A stretch of 64,000 nucleotides of DNA. Source: Balamuthia mandrillaris (lineage: Eukaryota). The notes under the pieces were generated by a model. It made no database searches, was not told the DNA's origin, and saw only the letters and a program-made list of their open reading frames with translations. Positions 37,001-50,595 of the stretch are shown here, piece after piece. Location: assembly GCA_031835245.2 (NCBI GenBank), contig JAVKOQ020000043.1, positions 62,001 through 126,000 of the forward strand. The letters run 5' to 3'. Position 1 is the stretch's first letter. Each line of letters begins with the position of its first letter. The position numbers and the translations under genes are program-made.

Positions 37001-40000
37001 ACAACGCCATCCTTGTTCTCTGGAACATCAGGTACAATGGCGGTGACGCGAACGATGATAAAGTCCTGCTCGTCCGTCACTCCATCTTGGGAATGTTGAT
37101 AGCTGCCAAAGTCAAAAATGGCCGTGTCATTGTGGCCGTCTCCATTGGCGTCCGAGTGCACAGCATAGTCACCAACTGAAAGCAAAGGAGAGGTAATGGC
37201 TTGTCCGAGAGAGACCACACGGGAAGAAAGAACGCTCAGTTTGCCCCCTGCCAATGGATTGGTTTCCACGGTCAAGACTAATTTCTCGGTGGCTTTACGT
37301 AGAAGCTTTTCTGGCAGCTTCACCAAGGCCTGGAAGGTTACAGCTTCTCCCACGTTCAGTAGTGCCTCCGCTATGGATGCTGGTGTTTCCTGGATAGAAG
37401 TGCCGACGATTTCAAAGCTGGATAATTGTGGCAAGTTCAGCAGAAGCTCCGCGTCATTCGAGAGCAGGTTGTAGAGTCTTCCTCCCTTGGGCATGCTGTT
37501 AAACTGCAGCGAGGCATAGTTGTGGATGCCTACTCCAGGATGAACTGTGGTCGAAACAGCACAAGTAAAATTGATGGCGATGGATTCTTCTTGTTTTGGC
37601 AAGAACGGGAAGTGCACACGAATGTAATTGTCGTTCACGCCATTGCCAGTCACAATGCTAAAAGGAGAGGTATTTCCAGAAGCAGCCAAGGAAGAAGTGA
37701 CCATAACAGAGCCAGCCTTGAGCGTGAGGGCAGTATCAGGTATTCTGTCCTCAATGACTAGGTTATAGGCAGGAGAGGCAGAGAGGAGGGGATCATGATG
37801 AAGGAGAAGCCTGTAAAAGATGTCGTTGGTGCCTTGCGGATTTACATAGCCAGACTTGACAAGGGTGATGATAGGCTCCACGATTATGGTTCGGTAGACA
37901 GCAACGTTGGAGGCTCTCGCTGGAGCATCAGGAATGATGACTATAGCGATGTCAGTCAGGTCAGCTGCTTCTGATGCTGGTACTGCCGTTTCATCGTAAT
38001 CGTAGCTCAACATGGAACTTGCTCTCAACGGCGTGTCTCTGGAGTTGGTCGTGGCGAGATTGGGTACCATCATCCATACCCGAAGCTGCAGGTCGTCGTT
38101 GGCGTCCACCACATTATCCGGTTGGTTAATGCAAGTGCCGAACGCGAATCGAATGCCATCAAAGAAACCGTCTCCGTCTTGATCAACCAATACCGTCTCG
38201 TTTACACCCTCTTGTACTCGAACAGAGCCACCCAACAAGATCAAACTGCCGGAAAGTACTTGCAATTTCCCAGCTGCATCGCCATCAAAAGTGTCAGCAA
38301 TTCCATTGACGTAAACAGCACAGTCATTGAGAGTGCCTTCGGGAAGCGTTGCAGTGACGGTGAAGGATACCGATTGTCCAATCGTCAAACCGTCGGCAGA
38401 AGGAAGACCGTCGCTTTGGGCTTGAGCGTCAACGTCCCGCTTCAGAGTAATGAGAGGGCGTGGCAGTTGCAGCTCGGTGGTGCCAGAGACAGTGGAGAAT
38501 TTTCTTGAGGGTAGCTGCTCGCCATCCGCAAAGCTAGAAGTGCTGCTAAAGTAACGCAGGGTGGCTCGTCCGGTTCGCAGAATGGTTTCAATTTGAGCGC
38601 TCTCCTCCATTTGCACCTGGTATTTCACAAAGAGGCGTTGATGTCGTGATGGTTCAGCGAGATAAGGGTTGGGAAAGTTGTCAATTCTAACGAGGAGGAT
38701 AGAGTCGCTATCGGCCACCACTTCCACATGACCAGGATACTCCTCCACCTTTCCATCGGTGGTTGTACCATTGGAGAAAGAAGGCAAGGAGCCATCGTTG
38801 GTGTAGACCACGGATGTACTGTCAGCCATCACTTTCATGCTAGGATGCAGCACATCCATGACTTCCAATCTGTATGCTGCGGAGCTGCTGGGGCGTAGGT
38901 CCATCACGTGAGCCACTTCCAATACATAACCTATAATATCGCCGGCATCCACTGTAGGTCGTTCTTCTTTGGTGCTTCTTTCGTTGTTGACGCTGCTCGC
39001 GAGGACTTGTTGGTACCTAAAGAGTTGAAGAGAAGGTTCCGCGACTTGCACGTATGGATTGGTGTTCATTGGGTACTCGATGAACTCTCCAGCCTCACCA
39101 TATGTAAATCCAAAGAGAAGGCTGGGCCGCAGCTCTGTTCCGGGTTGGTTGGGTGGCTCGTCCAAGATAACAGCTCTCACAATGATGCGTATCTGTTGTG
39201 ATTGGAGCTGATTATTGGGATGTGCTGCAAAGATAGCATCCCCGAAGTCAAACTTGAACGCATCCTCTATTCCGTCTCCTCCGCTGCTGTCCACAGCCAT
39301 CGATGCACCGTCTCCATGTCGAACAGGACCAGAAGTAGTTACTCTAGCAGACATTCTAGCGACGGCAGAGAGCAGCTTCATCTTTCCCAGCGATGGGTTC
39401 TCTACTCGCGAGGAGTCTCCGCTGGGAAGGAAGAGTCTCGCTGTGAGGTTGTGGGTGGTACCCTCCGTTAAGTTAATGTTGATGTGGAAGGTAGCCACTT
39501 CGCCAACGTTCATTAAGGACAAGGGTCCCGTTTCTGACAGTGAGGAGGAGACCAGGTCGAAGCTGATGGAAGGGCTGTTGATGGAGAAGACGAGGATGGC
39601 AGGTTGAACGGTATTCACTCGTGGAATAGGAATGAAATTACTGCTGTCTCCACCTACTGGCAGGGTTTGGGTCTCGTTCGGGGGACTGCTGTAGAAAGTG
39701 AGGAGCGGTTGAGTGGGTATGATACCGCTAGCCGGAGCACTATCCAACACAACGGTGCTATAAGTGATGACCACTTCTTCACTGTCTAACGGGTAGACAG
39801 GAATACGCAGCTTCAATCCGCCTCCATCTTCGTTTGACAGAAGAACATAGTTAGGGTAGGAGCTTGTCACGCTGTCTTCGATCAACCCCAAGTGGACATG
39901 AAGAGGGTCTACCAGTTCCACCTTGTAGGCAGCGGAGGTAGAAGTCTGCGATTGATGCTTGATGCGAACAGTGAAGTTAATGGTATCGCCAGCATCACCC

Positions 40001-43000
40001 TTCTTTTTGTCACTGGTGTAGCTGATGCTGAGCTTAGGTTCCACAATGGCAACATGAGAAGAGGTTTCCTTTCGTAAGCCAGTACCAGTGGCCAACGTGG
40101 CCTTGCTCTCCAAAGCCAATCCGTTCTGGTTGATTAGGTCACTCTCCGCCACCGCCATCACAATCAACTTTACGGTATCACCTGCATCGTTCGTATTGTC
40201 TGGGCGATTGACCAAAGTGCCCAACGAGAACAACACGCTGTCCTGGATGCCATCTCCGTCAGCATCTCCAACCTGTGATTGAGGTGAGGGAGTTGTAGGG
40301 GTCGTTGTGATGCTGGCACCCAACACCACTCCGGCGTGGATCAAACGAAGTTTGCCAGGAATGTTGCTCATGCTGTTGGTCAAAACGTCAGTTACTTGCA
40401 GATCGGGGGTAGTTCCTTCGGGAAGGACCACTGTAATCTCGAAAGTCACGATCTCTCCGATATTCACCACCTCGCCGCTAGTCTCCGTAAGAGAAGTGTT
40501 GACGACCCTGTGGAAGTAGGTGATTGGGGGAGTGCTGACGGAAAGGGAAGAGGAGGAGAGGATGCGTTTTCTTGGGCTGATGCTATGGTGGGTAACAGTG
40601 TCTACGCTGGGGCTGCTATCATAGCTCAGGGAGGTGGAGGTAGAGAAGCCCATATCAGTATAAGCAGATTCTGATATAACGCAATCATAGCTGATGGTGC
40701 AAAGTCCGGAGGTAAACGTTGAGATATGTGTCTCCACATGTGAGTCTCCAGCAGCATTGCCGCTCACAACGGTAGAAGAGCTACAGGAGAGCTGGACGCT
40801 CCCAACCACCAACACCAACTGACTCGAGAGGAGAGGTTGCTGGAATCGGACGTTGTAGGCGGTAGAAGTGGAGGCCGTCGTGTGCCTAAAGGCTGCTGTA
40901 AATCTAATCGCATCGCCAGCATCTCCCACCGTTACGTTGCTCTGGTAGTTGGTGATCTCTAAGAGAGGTTCCCTCAATGAGATACCTACCGAGCTTTGCT
41001 TCAGAGAGGCAGCACGGATGGTGTCATGCGTCATGGAAGCAGGGCTAGTGAGAGAGATACCGGCCATGTTGGCGGCTACATCCAAGACGATGGCTCGAAG
41101 CACCACTATCACGTTGTCAGCAGAGCTAAGTACATTGTCAAAGTGATTCACGATAGTGCCGAAACGGAAGGTAACTTGGTCTAGAACGCCATCCGTGTTG
41201 CTGTCAGTGGTGAAGATAGTGACAGTGGCAGGAACAGCAGAGGCGGTATCCAAAGAGCCACGAACGTTATCTCCGTACTCAACCGAAGCGGCTATAAAAG
41301 CAAGCTTTCCAGGAGAGATGGGCAAGGAGTCGGTCACCACCAAGCCAGTGGTGGTGCCTTCTGGCAGACCAATGACTGTTTGGAAGGTCACAAGCTCCCC
41401 AATGTTGAGGAAGGAGCCTGGCGTCTCGCTAAGCGAAGTGTTGCGAAGGGACCTGAGGATGGTAGCAGCTGGTGTGCTGAATGTTCTTGTCGTAGATAAG
41501 AGAGTAGAGACTCTGCCTATACCCGTTGTTGTTGCTTGGGGAGCAGATCTGTACTCCAACAACATGCGAGAGCTGAGGGAGGAGTCTATTTTGGCGACGT
41601 TGGACACCTGGCAATCGAATGTGACCACCAGAGTAGCAGAAGGGAGAAAGCTGCCTAGTTGAACGCGAACATCCCCGTTAGCAGAGCTAGCACTGTTAAC
41701 TGTAGCAGCAGTCACTCCAATGCCAGCGATGGTAATAGTAGCAGGTAAAAGCGTCAGCGCATCATCCAGTTGGTCGCTCAGCACGAGATCATAGGCTGTG
41801 GAAGATGAACCCGAATGAGAGATCGTGGTGGTGAAGCGTATCAGATCACCACTGTCGCCGCTGCTCTTACTGGCGGTGAAGCTCATAGCCAGCAACGGCT
41901 CCGCTACTGACAAGAGTTCCGTCACTGGTCCCACCGTCTGCATGGAAATTGTGGTGGCTCCAAACGCAGTATTGTCATAGGTAACAGCAGCGTTGCTCTT
42001 CAGACTCACCCCTACGATGTTGGTGGCGTGGTCAAGAACGAGAGCTTGAATGGAGAAGACCAGCTGGCTGCCCTGAAGATTTGCATCTTCCTGAACATCA
42101 ATGCTATTCAGGATAGAAGCGAAGGCAAAGACAACAGTGTCAAAGATTCCATCCCCGTTGCTGTCGCTGTTAGTTTGGGTCATGCCGTTGAGAGTCAGTT
42201 TGTTCCCTTTAGAAGCTAGCTCGGCGGAGAGTAGGCGTAATGCGCCAGTGTTGGTCGACGTTGCGTTTGGCAGAGTGTAGGTAAAAGCAAGCCGGTTGGT
42301 GGTACCCGGTGGGCAGCGAATAGTCACGTTGAACCGAACGGTCTCTCCCACGTTAACGATGTTGCCACTGGTCTCGGCTAGATCCGAGTACACCATTTGG
42401 TTGCTGACGAGAGTAGGGGCGTTCATGCGAAAGGCATACATGGAAGAGATAGAGGCTGCTCTTCCAGTTGCAAACAGACCGCTGCCACTGGTAGTTTCTT
42501 GCTGGTTGGGGCTGGAATCCCATCGCATGGTGGCTTGATTGTCCACAAGAGAACCAACAACAGCTGCGTTGGTGGCCATCGCCTCATACATCAACTCCAA
42601 TGCGCTTTGTTGCAATAAGAAAGTGCTGATATTGATTTGAACATCCTGATCATTGGCTCCATTTCCCTTCTGAATGGTAACGGGGGCGTTGTTCTGGTTG
42701 AGCTTCACTCTCACCGAACCGGGCACAAGACGAACATCGCCAGCAGTGCTTATGTTATCCACAAGTTGAAGGTCATAGGCAGCAGCAGAACTGGTGGCGG
42801 CTGAATGAGCCAGAGAGAGGGTGTAGAGAATGACGTCTCCAGCTTCAACGTTGGCACTTCGATTGCCGACCTTGTTGAGGGTGAGGTTGGGTTCTACCAC
42901 CTCCATCAAGACCGAGCGTGAGATGAGTCTTGTACCAGAGGGAAAGGAGACAACAAGCGTGTCCTTCAAGCCACGTTCATTGATGTTTGCTGTGTCATCT

Positions 43001-46000
43001 TCCACCAACGCTACAGTTTCCAGCTCCAGTTGCACTTGGGCCTGATTGACGAATGGCTCGAGCTGAATGAGCAAGCGGTAGGTAGAGCTCTGGCTGCTTA
43101 GCACACGCACGTTAGGGTCTTGGTTGATGATTCTCCAGTTCAACAAACGGAGCTTGCCCATGCCCGCCGTTCCATCCGTGAACGTCCAGTCAAGCGAGAT
43201 CTCGTTGGTGCCTTTGGGGAACAAAAGGACGGCACGAGTGGTGACCGTCTCGCCCACTGCCAGATCCTCCACGCTAGTGCTCTTGCCTTTATCCGCGGTT
43301 GTGGCGGCGATGGAGGTGCTCGCGATGGCCATAGATAGTACGGCAGGCTCCTTGGTTGAGAAGCTGGCTGATGAGCTGGTGGTATAGCCCCTGGCCCCTG
43401 TAGTGCAAGTGGCGGTAGTGCAGCTCTTGTGTGAACCAGAAATGGTGTTGGAGATGAGAGCTCCTACGATAGTGCTCTGGGCTACCTTGGCGTCGTATTG
43501 GAGAGTGTACACGCCAGGTGCAGCCATGTCAGCAGTCACCTGTAGTGTGTTGGAGGCAGCGTTATATGTGATGGCCTGTCCTTGAAGAGGAGGAGTGACA
43601 AGAACGCTGCCCTCCACTAACAAGAGGGAACGGTGAAGCCCGTCTGTGATGACGAGGGAGGAAGCTGCCATAACGCTTGCCACAGAAATGGTCGCCGTGT
43701 AACGAACAGACTCCCCAGCCTCCGGAGGAGAAGTGGTGCGGTTGTGAGCTTTAGTAAGCACCACAACAGGTTCAATGATGATGTACGTGATGTCGTTGGC
43801 AGTGGTATCAGTGGCAGTACCAAGCGTTGCGCCGGTACCAAGGACGCGAGAGGTAACCCTGCCCGTCACAGCAGGAATCACAAAACCTTCCTTGTTGGCG
43901 GTGACATCGGTCACTCGGGCCTTAAAACGAAGAGTGATGAGATCCGCTGTGTTTTGAACGTTGTCAGGGAGATTTGTGATAGAAGGAAAGTTCATGGCGA
44001 ATGTAGTGGTGGATGTCTGTTGGATGGTGAACTCGTTGCCGCCAATGAGAGCTCCGTAGGAAACGAGCTCTATGCTGCTGCCCGCCACATAAGCCAGAGT
44101 ATTGCCACCGCTGGTGGTAGGTAATATGGTCTCTACGAGGAGGCTAGCTCTGCCCTCGGGTACGCGCACCACTACTTGGTAGGTGATCTCCTCTCCGATG
44201 GTGACCCTCGGGTCGGTGGTGGTACTAAGTGAGGTGGCATAGCCATCGGTGGTGATGGTTGGGCTTCGTAAGGTCACAACCACGCTCTTGGAGCCAGAGT
44301 AAGAGCGAGCCTTGTTGGCAGTGCGGTCTCTAGCGGATCGCCATGACAGGCTGGCAAGGTTGGTTATCTTGGAGGACACTTGAACATCATTCACGATGTT
44401 GGCCTTGAGAACCACGGTTACTGTTTCGCCCAGCACGATCTTGTCCAGTTCGAGAGAAAGGATGTTGTTGGTGACGCTGGCCGCTGCTGTCGCGGAGGTA
44501 GAAGTCACACTCAAGCTGCCAGGAACATAAGCGAGAGAGGTTGGCAAAGGGTCGGAGAGTACGATGCCAAAAGCGGCTGAGTTGGAGGCAGTCTGGTGAG
44601 TGATGGTGATGGTAAAGATCAGCTCATCGCCGGCATCCTTGTTGCTGGTGGCGCTGGCTGCATGGGCGATGTTCAGAAGGGGCTCTACAATCTCTGTGTT
44701 GAGACTCTTGGTCCATGTTCCAGCAGAACCTTCCGTCACGGCAGCAAAGAGAAGGGAAGCGGTGGTACTGAGCCCTACAGCAGCTTTGTTGCTGGTAACG
44801 TCTGGAACAAACGTATCCACTTGAAAAACTAAAGTGTTGTTGCTGCCAAGTATGTTGCATGTACCAAACGAAAAACGTGCCAAGTCGTTCATTCCATCTG
44901 AGTTGGTGTCGGAGAAGACAGCAACACCAGCGCTGTTTGAGGCGAGTGTTATGTCTGCTCCTTTGGAAATAAGGCTAGCAGCGGTGACTTGCAGCTTGCC
45001 TGGAGCAAGGGGCATTTTGGCCAGGAAGCCGCAGCTGGAGGCCACGCCCTTGGGAAAAGTAGCAGTGCCGCGGAAGGAAGCATCCTCCCCTACTCCTAAA
45101 TCGGGCGTGATGGAGGTCAGTTGTGTTAGGCTAGTCTCGGGAAGAGAGGTGGAGTAGAGCTCCCAGTCCAAGACCGGGTATTTGAGGGTGAGCGAGCTAG
45201 AATCGAAGAGGGCGAGGTTGAGGCTGGAAATGTAGTTCCTGCCGCCCTCCATGGCAGCATAGCTGAGCAGAGTGGCTGAGGACTCTACGGTACTTCCTAT
45301 CTCAGCAGAGCTGCTGTCTACCTCCAGATAGTAGGTGATGAGAATGATGTTCTTTCCGGCTCTGCTTGAGTCTGCCGAGTCGTAGTTGGAAACTGCGGCA
45401 AGAGAAACAGAGGAGTCTGTCAATTGTATACCCGCATTGCTGAATAGGTTGCCTGAGTAGGGCACAGGAACGCGATCGCCAGTACTCACGCACAAACCGA
45501 GGCCGCTCGCAGGAACCTTCATTCCAATTGGAATTACATCCTTTACAGCCACATCAAAGGCTTGACTGCTGCCCGTGTTCTCCAACAGGATGACAAACTT
45601 GAGGACGACTCCTCCCTCAACCTCTTTCGCTCTACTGTTGACAACGGAGGAGGAAGCGGCCAAGAGCTCGCTGGTAAGAGTAGTACCACTGAGACGCGGG
45701 CAAGAAGAAGTGGAGGTGTCCACGGGAAAGGTGGGGATGGAATCAAAGATTGTGTCAGTCTGGGAACTGGCCACGATGCCTTTTTGGACGTTAAGATAGG
45801 GTTGACGGATCCATATGCCACGAGAGCTTACTCCAGCGTAGGTGCCTTCCTGACTGAAACCTGAACAGCAAAGGAATGAAGTTATAAAGAGAAATGAGAC
45901 ACACAAGAGAGAGTTCAGATAGGGTAGCTTACCTACAGCAGAGAACGCATAATATATGCCTCTATAAGGTGCATCGTCTACGGTGACGGTGTACAGAATG

Positions 46001-48293
46001 TCTATTTTGGTGGTCACACTTTGTGGCTCACTGTGCAGGCCATAGTCTAGCCGTAGGGTGTCAGCATCATTGGAGAAGATTGGAATGTTAGGGTTAGTGG
46101 CCACCGTTAAGTAAGTGTCAGAGGGACCCCGTTGTGCCGTCCCAGCAGCAGGAAGAGCGGCCGTTGGGTTGGCATTGAATGAGGTGATGGGTTCCACGCG
46201 AGGAGGGTTGTACAGCGTGAATTTGAGCGGCTCGTAATCGGTCGAAGGCAGACTGTACTCCATTCGGAAGGTGAGCTTGCTGCCGGCTCCCACGAGGAGC
46301 TGGTTGCACGGCAGCGGAGAGCATACCTGCCCATCAATGGCGTAGAGGGTGAATGTCATCGAAGGAGGAGTAATGGCCACCAAGGCTTGGGCAGAGTCAG
46401 AGTCTGGTTGCGGCTGATTAAGCTGCAAAGGCACCACGGCGTTGACGACCTTGTGGTCTACGATCTGAGCGCGAAGCACCTTCATGTGCAAAAGGAAACA
46501 AAGAAGGGAGAAGGGAGAGTAAGTGATAGCCACACAGTCAGACTGGAGTTTTCCTTGTTCTTACTTACCGTGTTACTGTTCAGTGTTTGTCCTTGACTAA
46601 CCGCCTTTTGAGGGCGAGAGCCTTGCACGAAATAGTCCTCCAGAACGACCGTCCTGTACTTTACTTGCAAGGAGGTGATCGGCCCTCTCAACGTGCCATC
46701 TCCCGAGGGCACCACGCCCAACGTCTGGAAGGTGAGCTGTGTGCTCCCGTCCATCGGTTGCTTGGTGGTATCCACCACCAGGTCCCTCCCCTCCAAGAAG
46801 CTGGCCGAGTAGGTGCCCCGCGTGAGCGTGGGTGCATAGGTTCGGTCCAAGACCTGTCCATCCTCTATCTTGCTTTGCAGCACCATGTTGTGAAAGCTAA
46901 AGTAGTCCGAGACCTGCACGGTGAGAGCGTGCTCCAAGGTGTCTTTGGCCGAGACGCCGTTGTTGCCGTGATCTTTACCGGCCACCAGCGCCACGTCCTC
47001 CCAGATCAGGATGGAGTGCAGGACTAGGGTGTCACTCAGGCTTATCGATGAAGGTGCAGAAGAGGAAGAAGAAGAGGAGGGAGCCGTTTCGTCGAGGTAG
47101 CCGCTCACCGTCACTACTTGCGCTTGAGTGCGCGAGTTGCCCGTTTGCACGCTCAACACAGGAGCACCGACGCTGTCCACTTGTGGCACGTAGAACCTCA
47201 CTTCGACTTCCACCTCGTTGCCCGCGGCAGCGCCGCCGCTCACCGCATCGTAGAGGAGGGCAAGGGTTCGGTTGGAGGCGGAGGGAAGGGTGACCTGGGA
47301 GGGGGTTGGCCCCTTGGTGGGCGTCACGCTGAGCACGGCGAAGGCGGTGGGCACGGAGGAGGAGAGGACCACGTGGCGCAGGGTGGAGCCTTTGCTGACA
47401 TCGAGCTTGATGGTGCCGACCACCGGAAAGGAGGGTCCCGTTGCTGTCTTTTCTTTGTTGAACTCGAACTCGGCCTTTTTTTTGTTGGTTGTAACGTTCA
47501 TAGAGAGGAGAGAGGATAGGAGAGACAGCAACTTTTAGCAGAGAAGGAGAGGAGATAGGAGCGGACAGCCACAGAGAATGAAGAGGGAGAGAGGAATAGG
47601 GAGGAGAGCAACCTTGAAAACCGAAACGATGACCGCTCGGGCTCCCAACGACCATTCGGCAGGGCGCGGGCTTGGAGTGGGCACGACCGAAGGGTCCTCC
47701 AAGGGGTTGATCTTGGAATCCCGACCTCCCCAAAAGCCAGCCCTGAGATAAAGCGGCAGCTCTGCACCTTGCTTGGCCGACTCGGGCACCGTCACGATCA
47801 ACTTGGCCTGCACCTTCAAGTCCTGCGGCTTGAGGACAGGAAAGGGCAGCGACACGGACAACCACAGGTCTCCATGCCGGCCGCAAACCATCAGGTCCGC
47901 TTCAGCGCTGTCAGCGTATTTGTGGGCTTTGCAGCTCTCTTCGATCACTGTGGTGGTGCTGTCGACAGGGTTGACGATGACCTGCGGGGCGGGAAAGGTG
48001 TGGAGAGTGTGCTCAACGGTGGAGAGAGGGAGCCCAAAGATGGTGAGTGACTGGTAGGCGAGAAGGGGCTGGCCGTTGGGCCCGGCGTGGAGGAAGACGT
48101 CGAGAAAAGGATAGTATCCGCCCTGGTCCCCTGTGTTGGAGAGCAAGAGGTCGACGATGAGAGTGTCACCGGGACGGTACACGTTGTTGCTGGCGGTTTC
48201 AGAGAGCGAGAGTTCTAACGAAGGAAACGGAGCTCCTGCTTTTACCACAAATATTCATTTGCTTCGGTCAATCCAAAGGAGAGAGAGAAAGAG

Positions 48294-48334
<41 letters not shown>

Positions 48335-48427
48335 GAATAGGAGACCTGCCGCACGAAGCGCACAACTACATGAGAAGAGAAGGTACAGCGCAAAAATTGA
48401 TTTTTCCGTGAGGATGAACGAGGCCAT
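32058..48427 (-). CDS. Giant (~5,000 aa) cell-surface protein: signal peptide, bacterial fimbrial/isopeptide-D2 (DUF11-like) Ig-fold repeats, TRP-like multi-TM domain, cytoplasmic tail with NPxY motifs
   Basis: Signal-peptide exon from ATG 48427 (MASFILTEKSIFALYLLFSCSCALRAA). ORFs 47535-48248, 46482-47531, 35617-46533, 35214-35786, 34230-35195 and 32058-33944 read as one co-linear protein. Ten A+B repeat pairs (GExVxFxxxxxLPEG / EPxL...DAGDxIxYT). TM region has DYMQFIALSAML and YGAFFADY..WYYLLVLLRKFL. Three frame interruptions near the 3' end are described in the findings. Confidence 0.8.
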
Positions 48428-48740
48428 CAGCCACTACGGTAACGGCCTTCACCTGGTCGATAGTGTAGCCAGAAAGTGACCTTAAGAAAAAACTAAAACC
48501 CCCGCTCTTTTGGTCCTATGCTCCCCTGCCCTGCCGTCCTTTGATCATCAACGATGGCGGGGGTACCTTCCAGCAAAGATCTCGCATTTGACCCAAAAGA
48601 CACACATTCCCTTTTAAAGCATGACTTCAAGGCAACCGTTTCCTAGCGACATCGTAGGCAACCGGCTAACGACGCGAGGATAGCATCACCCCCCTTGCTT
48701 CTTACTTGCTCTTCGTTTCTTTGTGTTTATTGTTGCTTTC

Positions 48741-50559
48741 TCAGTGTGCTCTGAGCTCCTCTTCCTCGTCCTCCTCCTCCTCGCCCTCAATGGAGTCGTT
48801 GGTGAGGGTGGTGAGCGGAGTCCAGGTGCTTCGTTTGCGGTCCCGGAGTTTGCTCCGTTTGCGCATGACGGCATACGTGATCCACACTCCTGCGAACATC
48901 AGCACTAACAATATCACCACCGCTGTCAAAACTGTAGGGAGTGGGAAAAAAAAAGTGGGATCAGAGCAACAGCCGAGATAGAAGAGGAGAGAGGCAATAA
49001 GCATGAGAAGAGAGTTGACAAGAGTGGACAACGGAGGGCAGCGAGAAGAAAGAACGGGATCGACGATAGAAGAGAGAGAACGTACAAACTAAAAGAACGT
49101 GAGAGACAAGTGTCCGCTGTTCTGCTATGACCTCTTGCTCGGCTTCCTTGTAAGAAGGACATTCGGGAGTGCCAGCATACATAAAGTAATCGTTCATGGA
49201 TACTGGATACAATTGTTGATGCGCTCTAAAGCGATGAGGATCAGTTATGTATCCCCTGTTCATAGGTGATAGTTTTACGTTAGACCAATGTTGAGATTGT
49301 TACTGTATAACGTACTTTTCTTCATCGCCAGAGGAAGGTTTTTTGTACTGAGCACCAGAAATTTGAACGCTCAACTTCTTGCGTGCCACCCCTGAGAACA
49401 AGTACCTCTCGCAAAAGTCCACAAACTCCTCCACATCCAGATTACTAAACTGCTTCAGTTGCTTTTGCACTCTGTCAAACACGTACAGCTGCGACTCAAT
49501 CTCTGCGAAATAGGCGTTCGTCTGTTCTGCCAAAGTTCGAGGCTTGCTTTCCTCTTTCTTCAGAGATTCCAGAGCGGCCACGTACTCGTTAAAGCTGGTC
49601 TGCTGGAAGTTGCGAGACAAGAGTTCCGGCTTCCAAACTTCCTGCAAGAAGCTCTCAACGCGAAGGTCAAGGTGATGGGGATCCTTCACATCGGACTGAA
49701 TGAGGATGGCGAAGCCTCCAACAAAGAGCTTGATAGGCAGTTGAAAGGCCCAAACGATGTATCCGAGCTGCTCTTTTGTGCGCAGCTGGTCAAAAGCCTT
49801 CTGTCCAAGGATTGTCTCTAATAGTTCCACGTAGAGAGAGTGGCGAACATAGGGATTGTTGAACTTGGTGGGAATGTTTTGAGAAGAGGGTACCCTCTTT
49901 TCTTCTTCGAGAAGGAAGGTAGAAGTTGTGTTTTCAGATCTTTCACCACTGCTGTGGTGCGTACTATCTTGGAAGAAGGCAGGCAACGAGAATATGTCGG
50001 TCTGGTAGTAGTTCAACACGACAGAGTTTTGTTCTTCGTTGAACTTGACTTTCTCCTGGAAGAGGTAGTGCTTGCCCGGATGCAGCTTCACCACTCGCTG
50101 AGTGCCCAAAGTGCGAGCCTGGGACGGAGATACTGGCTTAGAGCCACGGAACCACTTGTTCTCGATGGCGTCATGGATGATGTCTTGCAAAAAGTTGGAG
50201 CTTTTGATGTTGCCATTGACCAAGCACTCCACTTTCATCCTCCGGAAGAGAGAGGGCACAAAGCGCTCGCTAAACTCTTGGAAGAAGCGATTCTTTGCAT
50301 CACTATCTCTTTCTTTGGGGAAAGCAGCAATGATCTCTTCAGTGGTGTAGGATGGGTCATGAAGAAGAGAATAGAAAAGGGAGATAGCACTTCGGTAAGG
50401 TGCTTGGTACATGAGATCCTGATAGTCTGATAGTGTGATCTCGTATATCATGTCAAACTGCTCTCGTTTGCTCTCGAATTGTTGCGTGGAGAAGATAGCA
50501 AGGAGCTTATCCAGAAAGACGTTCAACTTGTCGCTGTAGCCTTGAACCGTGAGCTTGGG

Positions 50560-50595
<36 letters not shown>

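Noticed and set aside
36092..45864. Numerous + strand ORFs over the giant gene
   Set aside because: Antisense shadows of the long - strand ORF.
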